Shown in pieces: positions 57,989-64,000 of a stretch of 64,000 nt of DNA (within the stretch, counting starts at the first letter, position 1; every line of letters begins with the position of its first letter). Source of the DNA: a virus; IMG/VR virus record IMGVR_UViG_3300008120_000061, positions 11,942 through 75,941 of that record. One strand, written 5' to 3'. Under the pieces are notes generated by a model. That model saw nothing but the letters and a program-made list of their open reading frames with translations, ran no database searches and was not told the DNA's origin. A program made the translations under genes and the position numbers.

Positions 57989-58006
57989 GGTTCACCTCTA
58001 AGATAA

Positions 58007-58034
58007 ATTATACACTAAAGCCTACCAAAGTCAA
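58007..58034 (-). promoter_or_regulatory. Sigma70-type promoter heading the leftward unit
   Basis: Minus strand TTGACT-N16-TATAAT. Confidence 0.7.
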
Positions 58035-58218
58035 TATAAAAATTAAATAGAATAATAATATACATATCTAACAATACGTAAATTTAGAATGTTGGTAGAA
58101 TAGCGGCATTTTAATTAAAATTTTTATTGATACTTGGTATTTTTTAACTTATATTTAAACTTAACAGATAGTAAAATATACTGTTATATATTAAATACTC
58201 ACTTAAATAAGGTAAGAA

Positions 58219-58542
58219 ATGAAATTAACAGCTTTTGATATTGAGTTTTTTGAAATTGCTTTACAACTAAAAAAAGAAGTGTCTCAAACTCTACTCGACT
58301 CCATTAAAAAAACATTACTAAAACTAAACAATCCTACTTACTATTCTAAATTTACTAATAAACATCCTGCTAATAAGCATGGATACTATGAATCTAAAAC
58401 TATCAATCCCGTATTGCTAGCTATTGTAGAAATGTTAGCTATTATTAAAGAAGATTCTTCTCTAGAAGATAAGAAGCGCAAGCTGCAAGTTTCTTACTCT
58501 TGGGCATTCAATAACTTTCCATATTTTTCTAGACTAGTTTAG
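58219..58542 (+). CDS. Hypothetical protein
   Basis: TAAGGT SD; no recognisable motif. Confidence 0.55.
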   Translation: MKLTAFDIEFFEIALQLKKEVSQTLLDSIKKTLLKLNNPTYYSKFTNKHPANKHGYYESKTINPVLLAIVEMLAIIKEDSSLEDKKRKLQVSYSWAFNNFPYFSRLV

Positions 58543-58577
58543 GTTGCCATTACAGCTTAGTTTAGAAAAAATATGTT

Positions 58578-58605
58578 TTGACTATTAGTAAGTATCTGAT
58601 ATAAT
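58578..58605 (+). promoter_or_regulatory. Sigma70-type promoter
   Basis: TTGACT-N16-TATAAT with TG extension. Confidence 0.75.
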
Positions 58606-58644
58606 AGTATTAATGAATAGCACTATTGTGTTTGGAGAAACTAA

Positions 58645-58962
58645 TTGGATGAACTTCAATATTTTAAAGAAGAACTGGACGATATCTCTAAGAGACTTCA
58701 AACAGCTGAATCAGCTATATTAGTTGCTGACGCTCTAAGAGCTGAGAGGCATCAATATATGATAGACAGATTTGAAAGGCTGGAAATTAGAATATCGGCA
58801 CTAGAATCTAAAATGACAAAAGATATGGACTTATTGCTATCTCGCATTACAGAATTACAAGAACTAGCCTCACAAGGTAAAACAAGTTTAAAAACTTTGT
58901 GGGTATTAGGCGGTATGGTAGCTGGGGGATTAGCTTTATTAGCAGCATGGTTTAAGGGCTAG
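58645..58962 (+). CDS. Coiled-coil protein with C-terminal TM helix (XhlA/holin-like architecture)
   Basis: GGAG SD and TTG start; heptads then 'LWVLGGMVAGGLALLAAWF'. Confidence 0.55.
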   Translation: MDELQYFKEELDDISKRLQTAESAILVADALRAERHQYMIDRFERLEIRISALESKMTKDMDLLLSRITELQELASQGKTSLKTLWVLGGMVAGGLALLAAWFKG

Positions 58963-58963
58963 T

Positions 58964-59362
58964 ATGATTTCTGATAAACTTAAAGAGTATATTAAAGATA
59001 TTCTAATATCCAAGCCTTTAGATATATACTCTGAAGAAGACGATACAGTAAGTCATTCTGCATTTGAGTTATTAGAATCAAGAGAAGACATTAGTTATCT
59101 TTCTAATGACGATGATTATTTTGATGAAGAAGGCAATGATTTAACTAAGGTAATAGGCAGTGCAAATTTATTTGTTGCTGCTACTTTAGTATGTAAAGAA
59201 ACAACTAATAAAACATATTCATCAGAGCTAACTGATGAAGAACAAATTCTATTTGATAAAGAATGGAAAAATTTCTTGCAAAATCTAACAGACGAAAGAT
59301 TTATGCGAGAAATAAGACTAGTAGCTCAAAGCAAAATTAAGCTAATAGTCGATAACAAGTGA
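58964..59362 (+). CDS. Acidic hypothetical protein
   Basis: Coupled to the upstream stop; D/E-rich. Confidence 0.55.
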   Translation: MISDKLKEYIKDILISKPLDIYSEEDDTVSHSAFELLESREDISYLSNDDDYFDEEGNDLTKVIGSANLFVAATLVCKETTNKTYSSELTDEEQILFDKEWKNFLQNLTDERFMREIRLVAQSKIKLIVDNK

Positions 59363-59418
59363 GCCGCCTTATTAGGGGCTCAAATTAATTCTTGCTTGTG
59401 AAAAGGAGAAAAAATATG
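59360..59418 (+). promoter_or_regulatory. ROSE-like RNA thermometer
   Basis: 5' hairpin 59360-59382, then TTCTT(G)CTT 59389-59397 pairing with SD AAGGAGAA 59403-59410, with the ROSE-type bulged G. Confidence 0.75.
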
Positions 59419-59868
59419 ACAGGCGTACAACAACTATTTCCAAGATCATCTTTTGTAGGATTTGATCATTTACTAAACGAACTTGATAATGCGGTTCGAC
59501 ATGCGAATGACCATTATCCCCCACATAATATTATTAGGACTGGTGAAAGCAACTATCTAATTGAGCTTGCTGTAGCTGGGTTCCCTAAAGATGCTTTAAC
59601 CATAGAAGTAAAAGATCGAACACTAACAATTGCTGGTGATTTTGATACAAATAAGCGCGAGTACATTCATCGTGGAATTTCCACTAAAAAGTTTAAACGC
59701 ACATTTAGACTGTCTGAACATGTAAAAGTACACGGAGCAGATCTTAAAGATGGAGTATTGTCAGTAGAACTGAAATACGTAGTCCCAGAAGAAATGCGTC
59801 CTCGTCTTATCCAAATTGGAAAATTCGAGGAGAACACATATGACACACTTAGTACTAAGCTTAAATAA
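59416..59868 (+). CDS. Small heat-shock protein, Hsp20/IbpA family
   Basis: 'FVGFD', 'YPPHNI', 'IELAVAGF', 'YIHRGIS', 'ADLKDGVL', 'VPEEMRPRLIQI'. Confidence 0.95.
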   Translation: MTGVQQLFPRSSFVGFDHLLNELDNAVRHANDHYPPHNIIRTGESNYLIELAVAGFPKDALTIEVKDRTLTIAGDFDTNKREYIHRGISTKKFKRTFRLSEHVKVHGADLKDGVLSVELKYVVPEEMRPRLIQIGKFEENTYDTLSTKLK

Positions 59869-60070
59869 CTATTTAATAAATCCAATAACATTTGTAATAA
59901 ATTCTATATACGAAATTATTGTTCAAATTTTACAAAGCGTTGAAGACTCAAAGAATTCTAAGGCTCAATATGAAGTAGCAAGAATGCTTCATAGAGAGTA
60001 TCAAAATGAATCTTTTGATTATGTACATCATCTTGTAAAACAAGGAAACTTAAATGAATTGGTTAAATAA
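59840..60070 (+). CDS. Hypothetical protein
   Basis: GAGGAG SD; overlaps the hsp20 3' end. Confidence 0.6.
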   Translation: MTHLVLSLNNYLINPITFVINSIYEIIVQILQSVEDSKNSKAQYEVARMLHREYQNESFDYVHHLVKQGNLNELVK

Positions 60071-60239
60071 GTTTTTTAAGAATAAAGGCTATACTAAAAC
60101 TTGGTATCAAAAACAAGCTGAGCAGTATTTAGCAGAATCTATAGATCTAGCAGATTTTGAAAGACGTCAGCGAGAAATAGACAAAGGCGAGGCTCCTTGG
60201 CAGTTACGATACAGTCAAAACCTGAGTAGTTGGGTTTAA
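60054..60239 (+). CDS. DUF3563-like small protein
   Basis: 'AEQYLAESIDLADFERRQREID'. Confidence 0.6.
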   Translation: MNWLNKFFKNKGYTKTWYQKQAEQYLAESIDLADFERRQREIDKGEAPWQLRYSQNLSSWV

Positions 60240-60311
60240 CGGGTAGTTACGTAATAAACTCGCGGGAGGCCACGGTTAGCCTCCCAATCACACACAACAC
60301 AGGAGATTAAT

Positions 60312-60590
60312 ATGGCACATATTCCTTATTACAATGAACAGGAAGTAATGTACACTCCTTGCGGAAAAATCAAAAGGAGTAATAATATGATTATGAATTA
60401 TAAACAACTAGTAGAACACAATAAGCAGTTTTGGGATTCTTTTGTTGATCTTAAGACCACTGGATGGAATACTTATAGTAAGGCATTAAATGCTTATACT
60501 ATGAACTTTTTTAAAGATCAACTATCTACAATGGACAAACTAGTAGAACAATCTGCTAAAGCTATGAAAGGCAAAACTGATGGCAAATAA
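60312..60590 (+). CDS. Small amphipathic helical protein; second in-frame start at 60387
   Basis: AGGAG SD before both ATG 60312 and ATG 60387. Confidence 0.55.
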   Translation: MAHIPYYNEQEVMYTPCGKIKRSNNMIMNYKQLVEHNKQFWDSFVDLKTTGWNTYSKALNAYTMNFFKDQLSTMDKLVEQSAKAMKGKTDGK

Positions 60591-60801
60591 GAATCCTTTT
60601 GAAATTCGTGCTGATGTTCTTCAACTAGCAAAAGATTATATGGATCAACAAACTCAACTAAATCTTAAATATTGGGAAAAGATGGTTTCTGTTGGTAAAG
60701 CTACAATTGAAGATGCAGAAAAGGCATATAAGCCTTATAGCATGGAAGAGCTTATGAAGAAAGCTCAAGAAATGTATTCTTTCGTCTCTACAAAAGAATA
60801 A
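60580..60801 (+). CDS. Phage hypothetical protein
   Basis: 'KNPFEIRADVLQLAKDYM...ELMKKAQEMYSFVS', a pattern I recall from aquatic phages. Confidence 0.6.
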   Translation: MANKNPFEIRADVLQLAKDYMDQQTQLNLKYWEKMVSVGKATIEDAEKAYKPYSMEELMKKAQEMYSFVSTKE

Positions 60802-60830
60802 TAATGAAACATAACCTATAAAAATACAGC

Positions 60831-60865
60831 AAACCAAGGAGTGTGTAATAACCTCCTTGGTTTTT
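60831..60865 (+). terminator. Terminator closing the Hsp20 cassette
   Basis: AAACCAAGGAG-N11-CTCCTTGGTTT then TT. Confidence 0.8.
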
Positions 60866-60895
60866 AAATTTTTTAATTGCCAAAGTTGGACCAAT

Positions 60896-61594
60896 ATGTT
60901 AACATATAATCAGTGTAAAGAAATAAAAAATATAGATAAACCATCTGGTAGGGTATACGATACTCCTACAGGAACTTATCCTAGTATTACTACAATTTTA
61001 GGTGCTACTGCTAATAAAGCATGGCTACAAAAATGGATTGAGTCTGTTGGCCAAGAAGAAGCTGATAGAATTAAGAATGCTGCCGCTGAACGTGGGACAA
61101 TACTTCACAACTATTTAGAACGTTTTTACGAAGAGTATCAAAGCCCCACAAAAGAGCAAGCTCGTAATTTTATAGCTTCTTCTGGACTTACAGAAGAAAA
61201 ACCATTTATTAAAACAATGACAGTAGAGCTTATGAAGCATCTACTTGCCAATAATTTTAGATCAGTTTCTCAAGAATTTGTTGTTTGGGATTCAGATCTG
61301 CAAATTGCTGGTAGATGTGACGGTGTTGGTTACTGGAATGATAACTTAGTAGTTATTGATTATAAAACCTCTAGAAAAAAGAAATCAGTTTCGCAGATAA
61401 AAGACTATTACTTACAGGCTACCTTTTATTGTAATGCACATAATAAACTATTTAATACTTCTATAAATCGTTTTATAATACTTATGGCCGTAGAAGATGG
61501 AACTTCTCAGGTATTTACTGGAAGCCCCTCAGTATACGCGCCTGAATTGAAATTTAGAGTAAAGAGGTTTTATGAACAGAAAAAAGAGCAGTAA
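60896..61594 (+). CDS. PD-(D/E)xK exonuclease (Cas4/RecB-like)
   Basis: 'YPSITTILG', 'RGTILH', 'IAGRCDG', 'IDYKTS', 'YYLQATFY'. Confidence 0.88.
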   Translation: MLTYNQCKEIKNIDKPSGRVYDTPTGTYPSITTILGATANKAWLQKWIESVGQEEADRIKNAAAERGTILHNYLERFYEEYQSPTKEQARNFIASSGLTEEKPFIKTMTVELMKHLLANNFRSVSQEFVVWDSDLQIAGRCDGVGYWNDNLVVIDYKTSRKKKSVSQIKDYYLQATFYCNAHNKLFNTSINRFIILMAVEDGTSQVFTGSPSVYAPELKFRVKRFYEQKKEQ

Positions 61595-62288
61595 TGTTAG
61601 TAGGGTTGAACCAAAAAACCCACTACAGCAGCAGTTTATTTCAGCTATTACAGATAAAAACGTAGTTTTTGCAACGGGATCAGCAGGAACTGGAAAAACA
61701 TTTTTAGCCGCAGCAAAAGCTTTAGAATATTTAGATTTTGGATTTGTAGGCAGGATAGTAATTGTACGACCTGTAGTTGCTACTGAGAATATAGGATTCT
61801 TACCTGGCGACATGAAAGAAAAACTTGATCCATATTTACTACCCCTAATGGATGCCTTTATAACTCTATCAAACCCTAAAAGAGTACAAGACTTAGTACA
61901 AACAGGAGAGATAGAAGTAGCCCCGCTAGCTTTTATGAGAGGTAGAACTTTTTCTGACGCATTTATAATTTTAGATGAAGCTCAGAATACTACTATAGAT
62001 CAAATGCGAATGTTTCTTACTAGATTCGGAGAAAACGTAAAAGTAGTTATTACTGGAGATCTTAGTCAGAGTGATCTATCTGGAGAAAATGGATTAGCTT
62101 GGGCTATTAAAGTTTTAGAAGACTGCGAGGAAATTGCTACTATTAAATATTCTAAAGATCACGTTGTTAGAAGCGGATTAGTTAAAACATTACTAAAGTA
62201 TATAGAGCTTCACGATGATAAAAGTAAAAAGACTAGCCAAAGAAACGTTTCAGGCTTTATTAGACCAGCCGTTGTCGGAGAAGGATAA
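61572..62288 (+). CDS. phoH: PhoH-family ATPase
   Basis: 'GSAGTGKT', 'GFLPGD', 'PLAFMRGRTF', 'LDEAQN', 'TGDLSQSD'. Confidence 0.96.
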   Translation: MNRKKSSNVSRVEPKNPLQQQFISAITDKNVVFATGSAGTGKTFLAAAKALEYLDFGFVGRIVIVRPVVATENIGFLPGDMKEKLDPYLLPLMDAFITLSNPKRVQDLVQTGEIEVAPLAFMRGRTFSDAFIILDEAQNTTIDQMRMFLTRFGENVKVVITGDLSQSDLSGENGLAWAIKVLEDCEEIATIKYSKDHVVRSGLVKTLLKYIELHDDKSKKTSQRNVSGFIRPAVVGEG

Positions 62289-62400
62289 AGCTATAATAAT
62301 GAGCTTGTATAAGGCTCAAAGACAATATCCGCTTCTTACTTATAGCAAATATTTATTGTTCTGGACAATATATAATAAGTACATAAAAGAGGCAAGCTAG
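62215..62400 (+). CDS. Hypothetical protein
   Basis: Fills the gap after phoH but overlaps it by 74 nt. Confidence 0.35.
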   Translation: MIKVKRLAKETFQALLDQPLSEKDKAIIMSLYKAQRQYPLLTYSKYLLFWTIYNKYIKEAS

Positions 62401-62411
62401 GAGAGCATAGT

Positions 62412-62603
62412 ATGCCACTAAAGTCAGGTTCTTCGCAGAAAACAATATCTGCTAATATTAAAGAGCTAATGAAAAAACCTGGAAAAACTCGTGCTAAAGG
62501 TATAAAATCTTTGGCTAGTAGTTCTGGGTTAGATCGAGAAGAAGCGCAAAGAAAACAGGCTATTGCCATTGCTTTAAGTAAAGCAAAAAAACCTAAAAAA
62601 TAA
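62412..62603 (+). CDS. Small basic phage protein
   Basis: AGGAG SD; 'MPLKSGSSQKTISANIKELM...KQAIAIALSKA'. Confidence 0.7.
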   Translation: MPLKSGSSQKTISANIKELMKKPGKTRAKGIKSLASSSGLDREEAQRKQAIAIALSKAKKPKK

Positions 62604-62614
62604 GGAGATAGCGT

Positions 62615-62932
62615 ATGAATGCAAAAACGCTAGAAACTAACTCGGCATATGCAAAATTTGATGTTGATGGTGATGGAGTAGTTACTGATACAGAGATGGC
62701 TAATGCCGAGCGTATGTTAGAATCAGAGAATAAAGATAAAAAAGAAGATCAGCTAAGACAAATGGCTTGGGTAGCTATGCTTAGTATGGTTGGTTTTACT
62801 ATAATGCTATTTTTACCTTTTATAACTATTGATAGATTAACAGCATTAGATAATATTTTATCTATGTTTTATATAGCTCAAGCAGGTACAGTTGCTACAT
62901 TCTTTGGTGCTAGTGCGTATATGAGTAAGTAA
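62615..62932 (+). CDS. Two-TM membrane protein with an EF-hand-like loop (holin candidate)
   Basis: 'DVDGDGVVTDTE' followed by two hydrophobic helices. Confidence 0.6.
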   Translation: MNAKTLETNSAYAKFDVDGDGVVTDTEMANAERMLESENKDKKEDQLRQMAWVAMLSMVGFTIMLFLPFITIDRLTALDNILSMFYIAQAGTVATFFGASAYMSK

Positions 62933-62943
62933 GGAGTTATTTA

Positions 62944-63180
62944 ATGGAACAAAATAAATTACACGAAGAATTAGTTAAGAAAGGCGATTTAATGGCATCT
63001 AAGTTTGTTTATATTTTTGCATGGTTTTGGTCAATAGTTAGCTCTATTTACTTTTTTGCAGTGACATTTTTACCTATCCCTACTGCAGCCGAAAGCTTTG
63101 CAAATATTATTTTAGGATTCCTTCTAGGTACTTGTGTGTCTACTGTTATTGGATATTTCTACGGATCAAGCGGCGATTAA
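62944..63180 (+). CDS. Two-TM membrane protein (holin candidate)
   Basis: Two hydrophobic helices ending 'IGYFYGSS'. Confidence 0.6.
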   Translation: MEQNKLHEELVKKGDLMASKFVYIFAWFWSIVSSIYFFAVTFLPIPTAAESFANIILGFLLGTCVSTVIGYFYGSSGD

Positions 63181-63182
63181 TA

Positions 63183-63605
63183 ATGAAATATATTATTGCC
63201 GCATTATTAATGTTAATTCCTAATTTAGCGCTAGCTAATTGGGTTGAAATGAGAGAGTTCAAGGGTAATCTTTGTTATGATGGGGATACCTGCTATGTTA
63301 CAGTGCCTGCATTGCCCAAAGAACTTCAGAGTATGAGTATTAGAATTTTAGGCATAGATACTCCTGAGATTAGAGGTGAGTGTGAGTCTGAAAAGCAGCT
63401 AGCTAAGAAAGCCAGAGAATTAGCTAATTCTCTTTTTAAATCAGCTAAAGTAATTGAGTTTAAAGATATAGATTGGGATAAATATGGTGGAAGAATTTTA
63501 ACCAATGTTTATCTAGACGGTGAGCTTTACTCTGATAAGTTAATAGCTGCTGGATTAGCAAAACCTTACTTCGGTGAAACAAAAGAATCTTGGTGTGAGC
63601 AATAA
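63183..63605 (+). CDS. Thermonuclease (SNase-like) with signal peptide
   Basis: 'MKYIIAALLMLIPNLALA' leader; 'YDGDT', 'IRILGIDTPE', 'DKYGGRIL'. Confidence 0.9.
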   Translation: MKYIIAALLMLIPNLALANWVEMREFKGNLCYDGDTCYVTVPALPKELQSMSIRILGIDTPEIRGECESEKQLAKKARELANSLFKSAKVIEFKDIDWDKYGGRILTNVYLDGELYSDKLIAAGLAKPYFGETKESWCEQ

Positions 63606-63689
63606 CTATGTCAATAGCGCCAGCTTTTCAATCAACAATTTTAGTAAAGAAACCTAAAATAAAAAAACCAAAAAAGGTAGAGTCTAAAA

Positions 63690-63872
63690 GTGGAAAAACC
63701 AAAAAGCAAAGTAAATGAGGCTGGTAATTATACCAAGCCTACTCTTAGAAAAAGATTATTTGAACAAATAAAATCTGGTTCAAAAGGGGGCTCTCCAGGT
63801 CAATGGAGTGCGCGAAAGGCCCAACTGCTTGCAGTTGAATATAAAAAAGCCGGAGGAGGCTATAAAAACTAA
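63690..63872 (+). CDS. DUF5872-like small basic protein
   Basis: 'YTKPTLR...KGGSPGQWSARKAQLLA.EYKKAGGGY'. Confidence 0.65.
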   Translation: MEKPKSKVNEAGNYTKPTLRKRLFEQIKSGSKGGSPGQWSARKAQLLAVEYKKAGGGYKN

Positions 63873-63884
63873 GGAGATTATATT

Positions 63885-64000
63885 ATGCATAACGGTCATA
63901 AAAATAAAAAATCTATGATGAAAGATAAAAAAGCTGAAATGAATGGTAAAGAAGAAAAAATGCCTAGTAATGGTCTAACTGCTGGTCAAAAGAAACTTCC
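63885..64000 (+). CDS. Small basic protein (truncated by the window end)
   Basis: AAGGAG SD; MHNGHKNKKSMMKDKK...; open to the end of the window. Confidence 0.55.
   Translation, partial: MHNGHKNKKSMMKDKKAEMNGKEEKMPSNGLTAGQKKL

Noticed and set aside
60857-60895. TTG start at 60857 for the exonuclease
   Set aside because: It lies inside the terminator hairpin 60831-60865; ATG 60896 is more plausible.
57400-60900. tRNA genes in the intergenic gaps
   Set aside because: No cloverleaf with a T-loop GTTCRA and acceptor stem was recognised; tRNAscan-SE would settle it.
60896-61594. Cas4-like nuclease as part of a CRISPR system
   Set aside because: No repeat-spacer array or other cas genes were seen, and the Fe-S cysteine pattern is not evident; it is a common phage exonuclease.
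1-64000. Stop-codon reassignment
   Set aside because: Conserved genes are full length in the standard code, and TAA, TAG and TGA all end genes at sensible positions.

Overview
This window is a gene-dense, AT-rich stretch of a large lytic T5-like siphophage genome. The host is Gram-negative (spanin pair with lipobox); the bS21, small heat-shock protein and NrdJ hint at an alphaproteobacterium. 1-28330 (+) is the virion module: capsid C-terminus, T5-type neck, terminator and tube, frameshifted tail chaperones, a 3899-aa tape measure, a lambda-type M/L/K/I/J tail tip with J split in two, and spanins. 28363-57988 (-) is a T5-syntenic replication module (D2, D3, D5, helicase, primase, PolA, D10-D15) with NrdJ, ThyX and glutaredoxins, preceded by bS21 and an 8-gene glycosyltransferase/methyltransferase/epimerase operon. 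58219-64000 (+) is an accessory block (Hsp20 cassette, exonuclease, PhoH, membrane proteins, thermonuclease). The best candidate for an undescribed system is a dispersed phage glycosylation pathway: up to 8 GT-like genes, a heptose kinase, a cupin, an epimerase and 2 methyltransferases, several wedged into conserved T5 gene junctions. Also notable are a ROSE-type RNA thermometer on the phage Hsp20 and a possible kissing-loop RNA behind the tail tube gene. All calls come from motif recognition by eye; no searches or folding programs were run.
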